From Octopus sinensis (taxonomy: Eukaryota), in the NCBI RefSeq assembly GCF_006345805.1, contig NW_021834348.1:1-50987 (forward strand): a stretch of DNA of 50,987 nucleotides, written 5' to 3'. The position numbers were made by a program, and so were the translations under genes. The notes beneath the pieces were generated by a model. That model was given only the letters and a program-made list of their open reading frames with translations. It searched no databases and was not told the origin of the DNA. Each line of letters opens with the position of its first letter. The stretch's first letter is position 1. This document shows positions 1 through 11,890 of the stretch, piece by piece.

Positions 1-74
1 ATATTCAGACATATTGGCTTTAAATTATGGTAATGGGCAGGCCTTTCTGAGGGGAGGGGAACTTGGATGCATCA

Positions 75-222
75 ACCTCAGTACATGACTGGTACTTATT
101 TTATTGACTCGGAAAGGATGAAGGTTTAAGTGAACGTCGGCAGAATTTGAGCTCAGAGTGTAAAGACGGACAAAATACCGCTAAGCATTTTGTCTGGCAT
201 GCTAACAGTTCTGCCAGCTCAG
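75..222 (-). mobile_element. tRNA-derived SINE (5' part)
   Basis: Minus strand reads GAGCTGGCAGAACTGTTAGCATGCC...CTGAGCTCAAATTCTGCC (A/B-box-like). Same family at 22520-22670, 29110-29277 and 43410-43548. Confidence 0.7.
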
Positions 223-399
223 CATCTTCCCATGGTCAGACAGATTTTCACACAACACTGGAAACGAAGAAGGATATTCATTACAATAATCATACACTGT
301 CAAGATAAGGAGACATAAACATGCACACACCCACACTCATGCATAGTATTAATAGAATAGAAGACAAGTAAGCTGTAGTTGAAGAGCCTTGCCCTAGGT

Positions 400-817
400 G
401 CCATGCAGTGGGACTGAACCTGAAACTTTGTGTTGAGAAGCAAACTCCTTAGCCATACAGCCATGCAGTGGGACTGAACCTGAAACTTGTGGTGGGAAGC
501 AAACTCCTTAGTCATATAACCATGCAGTGGGACTGAACCTGAAACTTTGTGGTTGGGAAGCAAACTCCTTAGCCATACAGCCATGCAGTGGGACTGAACT
601 GAAACTTTGTGGTTGAGAAGCAAACTCCTTAGCCATACAGCCATGCAGTGGACTGAACTGAAACTTTGTGTTGAGAGGCAAACTCCTTAGCCATACAGCC
701 ATGCAGTGGGACTGACCTGAAACTTTGTGGTTGTAAGCAACCCTTAGCCATAATGCAGTGGGACTGAACCTGAAACTTTGTGGTTGAGAAGCAAACTCCT
801 TAGCCATACAGCCATGC
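400..817 (-). repeat. 7 tandem ~60-bp units of a tRNA-derived SINE head
   Basis: Unit GCCATGCAGTGGGACTGAACCTGAAACTTTGTGGTTGAGAAGCAAACTCCTTAGCCATACA repeated 7 times with small indels. Single copy in paralogous regions (~22272-22340, ~43730-43795). Confidence 0.92.
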
Positions 818-939
818 CTGTACCTATAAGCTAGTAAAAACTGAAAACTAAAAATTGCAGTAGAAGACTTTTTTTCTATTGTTTCTGGTATTTTATTACA
901 AAGTTGTCATATTTTCACTTATTTCTTTTCATCATTTCT

Positions 940-941
940 AG
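940..941 (+). promoter_or_regulatory. 3' splice acceptor of the fucosyltransferase-like exon (also 22140-22141 minus and 43921-43922 plus)
   Basis: Pyrimidine tract TTTTCACTTATTTCTTTTCATCATTTCTAG precedes in-frame ATTCGAGTTCTT. TAG 939-941 is an in-frame stop, and no in-frame ATG precedes the hydrophobic segment. Confidence 0.7.
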
Positions 942-2059
942 ATTCGAGTTCTTGGATTCATTGCTGTGGTCAGCATCTTCTTTCTACTGTTTGCCTGGAA
1001 GCAATATTCTGTGAATAAAGAATATACAGGGACAACATTAAACAAACACAACCAAAAGTTTATAAATAATTCTAAGGAATTTCCAAATAATCAAGTGCAT
1101 CATACAAATAACAAAACTGTAAGCAAAGAGAAACAGGAATTGGTTCAGTTAAACAACAAAACTAAATATATTATTTTTTACTGTGTTAATAATATAGAGT
1201 GTGGCGGTTGGGGAGATAGACAGCATGGAATAGTCTCTGTATATTTAATGGCACAGGCCATGGGTCGTCGTTTTGGTATCATTATTTCAAAACCTTGTAA
1301 TTTTGCAAAATATCTTCAACCAAACAAAATTAACTGGACAATTGACCCAAAAGAGTTGCATGGCCTAAAAAGTCGTCACCTCCGTTTGACTCGAGATAAA
1401 GGGTACATATCTGCTTTACGATCAGTAGACTTAGAAAGACGCCACCCTCAAAATGTCCTCTATGTGACAACAAATCAAATCTATTTTCACACCTTAATAG
1501 AGAATCCTCGCTACAAAAAACAACTTCTTTGGTCATCACAAATGCCATATGGAAATGTATTTGCTAAAATAATGAATTTAATGTTTCGATTCAATGATCA
1601 TTTTCAAGAAGCGATTGACAAATTCTTTGAAGTCAATATCCCCAACCCAAATATGCATTTGGTGTGTGCTCAGATTCGAATTGGACGGAACCCCACAATG
1701 CCACATGATGACTGAAGGATGTCAATGTCAAGTGTTCAATCTCTCTGGAACTTCTTAAGTAAATACAAAAACACCAGCAAGTACAAAATGTTTGTGACAA
1801 CAGACTCAGAAGAGGTACAGAAGATAGCTTTAAAAAAATTTTCTCCTCAAATCGTGGAAATGTGAAAAATAGGTGTGAAGGTTTAAGGAAGGTCATTATG
1901 GACCAACATATTCTGACTAAATGTGATACGTTGATAATAAGCCGAAGTAATTTTGGTGAAAATGCTATGATGATGAGCCAAAAAGACAACAAAGTGTATT
2001 ATTTTAAAGAAGGAAATATAACAAGGATCGACAAAAAAAGATTTTTTCGTAACAGGTAA
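942..2059 (+). pseudogene. Fucosyltransferase-like (GT-B, alpha1,2/alpha1,6/O-FucT superfamily) exon, copy A, disrupted
   Basis: Signal anchor IRVLGFIAVVSIFFLLFAW, motif GGWGDRQHGIVSVYLMA, motif I VCAQIRIG, motif II FVTTDSE, motif III ILTKCDTLIISRSNFG. In-frame TGA at 1713-1715; 42-nt deletion plus 2-nt insertion near 1855 versus copy C. Confidence 0.8.
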
Positions 2060-2329
2060 AATACTTGGTTGTGAGACAGGATTTTTTTGACACCCAGAAT
2101 CTGAAAGTGACATCCATGTATCATCATCATGTCAAGATCTTAAGATACTGGATGCATAGAATTTCATTGGTCTTTCAATAAAACAGCTTATGAGGAATAA
2201 GGTATAACATACAAACATACATAGCAATTGATTTTCCTTCAAAACCAGAATGTTTTCTTGAAATTCTACTGAAGAACTATTAAAAATCTTCAAATTTCTA
2301 TAGGCAAATTATATCATTTACATATGCCC

Positions 2330-2408
2330 ACGGGCATATAGTGTAGGGGTTTTGAGCATGAGCTATTAACCCCAAGATTCCAAGTTCAATTCTAGGCAGT
2401 GACCTGAG
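2330..2408 (+). mobile_element. tRNA-like SINE head with (AAT)n tail
   Basis: A-box-like TAGTGTAGGGG and B-box-like AAGTTCAATTC, followed directly by the (AAT)n array. Marks the end of copy A homology (~2318). Confidence 0.55.
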
Positions 2409-2431
2409 TAATAATAATAATAATAATAATG

Positions 2432-2462
<31 letters not shown>

Positions 2463-2534
2463 ATAATAATGATAATAATAATAATAATAATGATACTAAT
2501 AATAATAATAATGATAATAATAATAATGATGATG

Positions 2535-2573
<39 letters not shown>

Positions 2574-2583
2574 TAATAATAAT
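2409..2583. repeat. (AAT)n/(GAT) microsatellite
   Basis: Direct reading. Confidence 0.97.
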
Positions 2584-3435
2584 AACCATTGCTGGGATTT
2601 TTCTTTGTCTATTTCTTTTGCTAAACTAAACGCAAAAGAAATAGACAAAGAAAAATCCCAGCAATGGTTGAGAAGCTCAGGACAGAGGGATTTTTAATTG
2701 CAGCACAAGACCAAAGCCTCCCCACCAGAAATTACCAAAAACATGTAATGAAAAGAAATATAACAAGTAACTGCAGAATATGTGGAGACGGATAAGAAAC
2801 AATAAATCATATTATCTCTGGCTGCCCAGTCCTGGCTAAGTAGGAATATATTCACAGACATGACAGAGTTGGAACCTACATACACTGGAAGCCATGCCAA
2901 CATTATGGAATAACAACAGAAAAAAGATGGTATAGGCACACACCAGAAAAGGTCACAGAAAATGAGAAAGCAACCATACTCTGGGATATGCCGATACACA
3001 CAGATAGAGAAATTAAGGCCAACAGACCAGATATAGTTGTCAGAGATCATGAAGAAAAAAAATGCTTTCTAATTGATGTATCAATACCGGCAGATGACAA
3101 CATGTCTCTAAAAGAAGTGGATAAACTTTCAAAATACAAAGACCTGGAAATAGAGGTAACCAGAATGTGGAATCTAAAAACAGAAACAATTCCTAATATA
3201 GTAGGTGCATTAGGCATGATAAAAAAATATTCAGACAAATACATAACAAAAACACCAGGACTTACAAACACATATAACATACAGAAAATTGCACTACTAG
3301 GCACTGCACACATCCTACGCAGAACACTTTCCATACAATAACCATCAGAGCATCACAACAAATCACAGCACATACCAAAGGCACACAGAGCTGCGCTCGG
3401 TAGTGAAGTGAAAGCACGCTATAAAAATAAAACTA

Positions 3436-3438
<3 letters not shown>
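2584..3438 (+). mobile_element. 5'-truncated R4/Dong-like (restriction-like endonuclease) non-LTR retrotransposon, copy 1
   Basis: Translates FLIAAQDQSLPTRNY, CCHC knuckle CRICGDG*ETINHIISGC, RHDRV, and RLE RPDIVV...LIDVSIP...KLSKYKDL. Two in-frame stops; 3' UTR with AATAAA; flanked by (TAA)n. Confidence 0.85.
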
Positions 3439-3526
<88 letters not shown>

Positions 3527-3602
3527 TAATAATAATAATATTATTATTATTATAATAATAATAATAATTATTATTATTATAATAATAATAATGATGATGA
3601 TG

Positions 3603-3654
<52 letters not shown>
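3439..3654. repeat. (AAT)n array with internal (TTA) flips
   Basis: Direct reading. Confidence 0.97.
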
Positions 3655-4690
<1,036 letters not shown>

Positions 4691-4956
4691 ATTCTTTTTA
4701 TTGGCCACAAGGGCTGATACACATGATTAGAAAACATAAAGGGACAAAACAGGACGAAAGGTTACAAAGGGCTTTGTCCGTTTGTGAAAAAATCGCGTAA
4801 AAACAGTGTAATAATCAAATAATATAACAACGAAAAACTCCCAATAGGGGGAGGCGTTATGAAAGGTTCCTGGTGGAAAAACCCATAAAAGCCAACGGGA
4901 GCCCGGTCAAAAGTGGGGTAGAGAGCCCCTTTCTCCTTTTATAACACCTTTTCCAA

Positions 4957-7900
4957 TTACAGGCGAAACCTGAGAATTGGTCCATTCATACTGGCTATTC
5001 TTGCACAATTCACCCACCTTTCAGAAAACTTGCTATCAGACAGCACCCTCCTCTCATCTTCCTTTTCAAGTGAAACTTGAAAAAGTTGATGAGGCCTTGA
5101 CCAAAGAGGAAAGTGTCTGACCTTAGCCCTTTCAAACGGGTCCACCATACAACCTCCTTCGCCACAGCCACCAGGCACAGGAAAACGGCCTTGCCCTCCT
5201 TGTTAAAGGAGGTCGGCGGGCAATCCTCACTATGGATTCAGCTGATAGCCGGATCCGTCCCACACGTGACAGTAGCTGTTCGACACAAACCCACAGTTCA
5301 GCAATACTTGGGCACTGGACGAGTGCGTGCAGAACGGTTTCGTCGTCCTGGCAACACCTCGGGCATGCCCGGCTGACGGTACTTCCGTGCCGGTAGAGTT
5401 CATCCCGAACAGGCAGAGCCCCTCGGCAGCACTGCCAGGCGAGCGACGTCTGGAAATCATCCATTGGCCCCAGCCTGAAAGTCCTTCCGAACAGACCGCT
5501 CAGTTCGTTATCATCAACGCCTAGAGTTTCCCCGAGAACGTCGTCGCATTTTCCCTCCACTATACCCTCTATAGAAAGCTAGAGTGGAACAAAAACCGAT
5601 CGCATTGCCCGCTTGGCGGAGGGTGGAGAGAGCTTGACGGCACTCGAGGTGCCAAGCGCCCTTTCTCGGTCTACGTTTGATCCAGGTCTGCAGCTCTGTC
5701 AAAGAGACGAGCTGCGGAAAGTCGCGTCTGACAAAAGACGACCACACCTGTTCACCGTCGAGGAAACGCTTGAGATGTCGCAGCCTGAGCGCCTGTCTGC
5801 GCATCAGTAACCACGGCATGCCAAGGCCTCCGTTCAGCGGTCGTTGACAGCAGATTGATCGCCTGACCAGTGGCACCTGACCCTTCCACAAAAAGTCGAA
5901 GAGCAGGCGTACCAGCTTAGCCAACCAGCGGTCGGGACAAGGGATGACGGTCAAGCGGTAATAGATGACGGATGCGATGTACGCATTCGTCACCTCCGCT
6001 CGACCTTTCAAGGACAGCTTCCTCTCGGCCCATTTCTGGGTGAGACGTGCCATCCTGCTCGTCACTTCTTCCCAGTTTTTATCCACCTGGAGGTCTGGAC
6101 CGAACCAGACCCCGAGCAGTTTAACGGGTCCGTCTGTCCAGCGCCCTACGACGCTGTTGGACGGCATGGGCTTGCCTCTCCAGGTGCCCAGTTGCAAGCC
6201 TACAGACTTTTCTGCGTTAATCTTTACCCCTGTCACCGCTTCGTACTCGATTAGTGTCTCGCCAATCAGGTCAATGTGCCTGTGGATCGACACCATCACG
6301 GTGACGTCGTCGGCATAGGCAGACATGCTGTTTCCACCTCCTAGATCACGCGGGATACCCCTCAAATCCTCCAACTTGTGCAGTAATGGCTCAAGAGTCA
6401 ATATGTACAAGAGGGAGGAGAGAGGGCATCCTTGGCGGACCGAACACGAGATGTCAAACGGTTCCGAAAGGTGACCATTCACCCGTATCACCGAGCAGAT
6501 GTTGCTGTATAAAGCAGCGATCCACCCGCGGAAGACTGGACCGAAGCCGGCTGCCTTGAGAACAGCTGCCAGGTACCGATGGTCGACCCTATCGAAGGCT
6601 TTACTCTGATCTAAATTGATCAAAGCCCCACCCGCGCCAGCGTCGTTACCCACCCTCTCTAAGATGTAGTGCATGAGATGGAGGTTGTCGTGTATCGACC
6701 TGGTCAGCACGGCGCATGTCTGCGTTTTGCCAACCAGCTTGTCCACGACAAGCGCCAATCTCTTGGCTAGCACCTTGGCCAAAATCTTCAACTCTGCGTT
6801 GAGCAGAGTGATGGGCCGAAAATTCCCTATAATGCCCCCTTGTTTGGGTCCTTTCTCAGCAAAGCCACTACCCCTTGACAGACAAAAGCAGAAATTCTCC
6901 CGTTTTGCTGCCAATTGCAGTAGACGTTTGCCAACAGGCCCGCAAACAAGTCTGGCATTGAAGTGTAAAGCTCGTATGGCAGACCATCCAAACCCGGCGA
7001 TCTACCTCTCATGCAACTCTTCATTGCTTCTTCCACTTCCCAGGCAGATATCGGTCCTTCGCAGCACTCTGCTTCGCTGTCCGAGAGTTGCGGTAGGCCG
7101 TCCAGGTACACACCAATATCTATACCGTTGTGCGTTCCACCGCTCCTTCCAAACAGTTGAGCAAAGTGCCGCTGAAACACCACACACATCTGCTTCGGTT
7201 CGGTAACCTCGTGCCCGTTCTGCTCCACCAAAGACCGAATGTTTGCTATGTTGCCTTGCTTCACCTCCGCCACGCGGGCCCGTCGAGCGGCTCTAGTCCC
7301 CTCCTCGCTTAGCGAAAGTGCCTTAGCTCTGACAACGCAGCCTTCGTGCTTGGTGTCAAAGTGTTGGTCAAGGGCCAACCTTGCTGCCAACACGTCGGTC
7401 GCGATGCCAGTCTCAAGAGCCTCGTCTAGTTTCTTAGCTAAATCCCGCTCTCTCTTCCTACGTTCAATAGCTAGAGCCTTAATAAACCTAATCGACTCTA
7501 CTCTAATTGCTCTCTTGAGTGCAAACCACCAGTTGTTGTTGATGATTGCCCCTGTGAGCACCCGCTTAACTAGTAAACTAATCCGGTCTCTGTAAGCTTT
7601 GCATGCCGTTAACGACGCGTTCAGCTTCCAGTAGCCGGGTCCCTGTCTATGTAGCCTATCTAAGTCGACCGTACAGATCACGAATTTGTGGTCCGTGTAG
7701 TCGACTAGGTGGAATTGTGGACACCCTTTGCTGTCCTTATCCGCTGGCCTACAAAACACTTTATCTAAGTTTATCTAGACGACCCGATGCGATTGGTCCA
7801 AGTCCACAATGGCACATTCGGGTTGTCTAGTCGAAACCTGTCGAACAGCTGAAAGCGTCCGAGTAGGTTGGCGAGGTTCTTGCACCCCCCTCTCCTATCA

Positions 7901-8375
7901 GATGCTCCCTGCCCACCCGATCGAAACGTTCGTCTAAGACAGCGTTCCAATCCCCAACTAGCACTAGAGTGCGTGACGTTCCCAGAAAAATTTCCAGACG
8001 TTTGAAATAATCCGACTGCCCTGCTCCTGTCGGAGCGTAGGCAACCAGCAGTCTGAAAGCACCGCCGTCACTACCGTCTACGTCGAGGACCACCAACTTA
8101 CCTTCTGGATCCAGGAAGACTGTCCTTATTTTCAAGTCCAGGCCCTTCCGAAACATCACCGCAGTACTACCACCGCCCGCTCCCAGCCGACACGGAGATA
8201 GAAAGATCTCATATCCGCCGAAAAGGGCTGCGAGTTCCTGCGGGTCGGAGAGCCTCGTTTCACTAATGGCTGCTACATCCACATCATGAAACCTCAGGTC
8301 GTTTAACAGGTGACCCTGTTTCCAAGGTGACCCGAGGCCTCTCACATTCAAGCAACCGATTCTAAGTTTTGCCAT
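4957..8375 (-). pseudogene. LINE ORF2: AP endonuclease + reverse transcriptase + C-terminal zinc finger (several frameshifts)
   Basis: MAKLRIGCLNVRGL...AISET, VGDWNA; RPITLLNAELKILAK, LDQSKAFDRVDH, VRQGCPLS, YADDVT; CPRCCQDDETVLHALVQC. Split over ORFs 7827-8375, 6827-7759, 5514-6914, 5132-5560, 4957-5178. Confidence 0.93.
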
Positions 8376-8409
8376 GTTTCAAAGGTGACAAAAAATAAAA
8401 GGAGAAAAA

Positions 8410-9172
8410 GGCTCTACTTACTGTTGTTGTTGGTGGGGGTGGCTCCCATGTGCTTTTGCACAGGTGTTTCTACAATATTTTTATAAAGTTTCTTTGAGAA
8501 ACTTCTCCCTAGCGATCTGACATCATTAGGGAATATCTGTTTTATGTCACTGTATGTTTTTTGGTTAATTTTAATGGTGAGAATGTGTGCTGGTGGTGTG
8601 TTGTGTGTAGGTATTATGAAATCTGTAATGTTTGTACTTGTGTTGTCTTTTAGATATGAAACGAGTTTTTCATTTTTTTGTGTTTATGGCTGTAATCGTT
8701 TCTCTGTGTGTTGGTGTGTGTGGCAGTGGCAGTAGTGGTGTCGAAAATGTTGTTGTGAGTGTGTGTTGTTGTTGTTGTTGATGATGATGTTGGGAAGCAC
8801 TATTTGTTCGTGCATCCCCTGTGTGTCTTTTTGCTTCTTCCTCCTCTTCTTCTTCGGAGGCACTGTGTGCCATTCACCTTTCTCGGTATCAGTGCTCGCA
8901 CAATCCGAGCTGTCCTGATCCGAAAAGGGGATGGCTGTCGGGTCCGCTTCAGCAGCAGGGCGAAAAATTGCCGGTTCTGCTGGTATCGGTGGTGTTGCTG
9001 TATCTGTTGGTGATGGTGACGATGTCGGTGTCGGTGTTTCTTCCTTTTTTGTTGTTGTTTTTCTTGGTGTTGGTTTGGTGGTTGTTGGAGGTGGTGTCGT
9101 TCGTCGTAGTAGTGGTGATGGTGTTGGTGGTGTGGCAGCCTTTGGTGTTTCTTGCTGTTGTTGTTTCTGTTG

Positions 9173-9237
<65 letters not shown>

Positions 9238-10273
9238 TCTCGCCGTCTGCCTCCATTCTATTTTTGTAAATGGGGCAGTCCCTTCTTAGGTGGCTTTCGC
9301 TGCTGCAGAGCTAACATCTTGGCTTTCGCCCCTCCACAGCAACGTGCAGCCTAATGCCGTCCGGCAAATTAAACCGAGTCAGGTATGGCATTAATGTATT
9401 CCTGCTGGATTTGTACCTGCAGTTGAACTCCCATACCTGACCAGTTTTTTTCCTTCACTCTTCGTACATCTAGAATAGTGGCAGTGTCCTCTATGTCATA
9501 GAGGACAGCCGCCACCAGCCATGATATATTTAGTTCGGGGGGTACTATGTCGATTTTTATTTTCTGGACCCTCCGCCTGAGCTACATTGGAACGAGGAAC
9601 AAATTTTCATTTTGCAAGGGCGAAATGGCATGCGCCATTGCATCCTCCTCTGTTGGGAAGCGAATCTCCACTGTTCCGAAACGTTTCCCTCTGGTGACAT
9701 AGCTCTTTTTGCCCCATATAGGCTTCAGAGGTATTTCCAATTGTTGGGGTGTTGCGTTAATCAGTCTTTTGTTTTTCTTGTAGAAAACCTTGTCAAATAT
9801 TGTCTTCTTGTTAGTGTCATGTATGAGTTGTTGAGGTGTATTGAGGAAAACACTGTTTCCCTCTTTTCTCAACAACTCCTTTGCGCTTTTGATTTTGTCC
9901 ATCGTAACTTTTACTTCCTCCGAGCTTTGTTTTGCAGCGGAGGCGAAATTGCTACGATGGCTTGTTGTGTTGTTGCTAGTGGTGGTGTCGGTGTGGCTGC
10001 TGGTCATTTTCTTTCCCTCCTTCTCCAGTACTGGAGCACTGGTGGAGGGAAGAGAAGGAAAATCTTCGATGACGTCAAAGGTGACGCCATCGTTGTCGCT
10101 TTTCTTTGGAACGCTCTTTCTTCCCTCCTTCTCCGGTACAGGAGCATTGGTGGAGGGAAGAGGAGGGAAATCTTTGATGACGTCAAAAGTGACGACTTCG
10201 TTTTCATTTTTGGAATCCCTCCCCGGTCCTTTCGAACCCCTCCCCCATCATCTAACCGCTCTCCTTGGCCCAT
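8410..10273 (-). pseudogene. LINE ORF1 (RRM-like region, CX2CX4HX4C knuckle, polyQ and Pro/Thr-rich tail)
   Basis: FGTVEIRFPTEEDA; LPDGIRLHVAVEGRKPRC*LCSSESHLRRDCP (knuckle ~9273-9317, after correcting compensating indels); 23-Gln run. The 3' end is approximate. Confidence 0.75.
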
Positions 10274-10481
10274 AAATTGGGAGCCCTTCCGGCAAGGAAA
10301 ATAGTACGCCCAAAAGGACTCCCAGCCCTCTGCTTCAGAAGAGGTTATGTTCAGATCACAACTAAGCCTTAACCTAAGTCTAAGCTAACCTAGCGAAAGG
10401 GGGCATGAGAGCCTTTAAAAGGCAGCGACCAATCCCGATCTAGTCCTAACTCCACTTAGAGGTACTGTCGGTCAAGGCTGT

Positions 10482-10668
10482 ATCAAAGGTCTGCATTGGA
10501 GAATGTTGCATCAAAGGTTTGCATTGGATAAGGATGCATGGAAGGTTTGCTTTGGAGATCTGCAGTGAAGAATGTTGACTTAAAGATATGGATTGGATAA
10601 GATTGTATTAGAGATCTGCATTGGAGAAAGTTGATTCGAAGGTTTGCATTGGGGATCCGGATTGGAGT
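10482..10668 (-). repeat. Degenerate ~28-bp tandem repeats in the LINE 5' UTR
   Basis: ATCAAAGGTCTGCATTGGAGAATGTTGC / ATCAAAGGTTTGCATTGGATAAGGATGC and further decayed units. Confidence 0.75.
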
Positions 10669-10928
10669 AACTTAGGAAAACTTACCAATAGCGTTAACAA
10701 AAAAATAAGGGGCCTGGCCCTTCTAGCCTAACTCTATGAGCAACTTTGCCAAGCACTGATATCGGCTGAGTGAACGTTGTTGTTGGATTAGTCAGCATTG
10801 TCTAATAAAGAAGAGGAAGAGTCTTTGGATCATGTTGCCGTGGTTTGAAAATATGTCCGGCCAATGCTTCCGAATCACTTGTTTATAACCACATCGGCTG
10901 CAATGATAACTTGTTCTTCTTTCTACGT

Positions 10929-11390
10929 CTATGAAACATCGCTATAGACAACATTGCGCGTTCTGCCCCGAGGAGCACACACAAAAAGAGCGTTTCCACT
11001 CCCCACACTGGAGCAGGCTACATAAAGTTGCCCATAAGCATGGCTCCTCCAAATGGACGCCCACCACCGATAGTGTTTGGCCTTGGGATTTGTTGATGTA
11101 CATGGCAATCTGCGGAAGTTAAACAGCATGTCTGATCCCGGGGATAAAGCTACTTCCTTGAAATGAAAACATTTCCCCCCTCCCACACCCCATAACCATA
11201 GCAGCCTCAATAAATTGGGGCGTCAGGGACTTGACTACCAAGCGGGTCCCGTTGCACTGTATAGGCGGATAAAGCGTGTACTCTTTATCCCATTTGAGTT
11301 GTTGTTTTGAGTGGCAGGAGATAAGTTTCAGCAAACTTGAATAGCATGTTCGGAACTCGTTCCTAATGTTAAAATGCCACAAATGAAGAA
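10929..11390 (-). mobile_element. Helitron Pif1-like helicase C-terminal remnant
   Basis: CNGTRLVVKSL...IEAA, AMYINKSQGQTLSVVGVHLEEPC, GQLYVACSSV...RTRNVVY across frameshifts. Confidence 0.85.
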
Positions 11391-11651
11391 ATGCTTTTAA
11401 ATCACATAGGAAGAAAAATGGCTACAGCACGAAGTCATCGATTTGCTTCGACCACCGAGAAAGCAGAAGTACGTACAAGGAATTTCATAAACAGAAATGA
11501 ATGGAAAGAATGTTGCGGTTGAACAAAGTTTGTTGTGAGGTTTCTAGCGAACAGAAATAAAAAAAATAACAGCCAAGTAAAGAATTTTATTTCGTTTTTG
11601 GATTTGGTTTGCAAGGTTCTTTATATGAGTTCGTGTGTTGAAGCATATTCT

Positions 11652-11890
11652 GTTGTGTCTGGGAGAGTCATTTTCTTATTGTGCCTTATAATGTAACACA
11701 CTCACCGGTGAAATTTCCACTTATTTCTTATTTTTATTTTTCTAAAATTTTCGTTGCATCAAGACTATTGAACAGGTTGCAAGATGCAACGAAAATTTTA
11801 GGAAAACAAAACTCAGAAATAAGTGGAAATTTTACCGGTGAGTGTGTTAAATTATAAGGCACTAAAAGAAAATGACTCCCCAGACACAAC
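11652..11890. repeat. ~110-bp imperfect inverted repeat (MITE-like hairpin)
   Basis: 11652-11760 pairs with 11783-11890, with a 22-nt loop. Confidence 0.8.

Larger units (their letters stand above)
4691..10670 (-). mobile_element. Near full-length Tx1/L1-clade LINE
   Basis: 5' UTR with tandem repeats, gag-like ORF1, APE-RT-CCHC ORF2, 3' UTR with AATAAA (plus 4697-4702) and (TTA)n tail. Confidence 0.9.

Noticed and set aside
400-817. CRISPR-like array
   Set aside because: Units are contiguous with no unique spacers, derive from a SINE head, and no cas genes are present in this eukaryotic context.
1713-1715. In-frame TGA as selenocysteine
   Set aside because: Aligns to Pro in copies B and C, not Cys; a downstream deletion/frameshift also disrupts copy A; no SECIS recognised.
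8759-10304. Plus-strand ORFs with poly-Cys/Ala/Val
   Set aside because: Antisense shadows of the low-complexity LINE ORF1.
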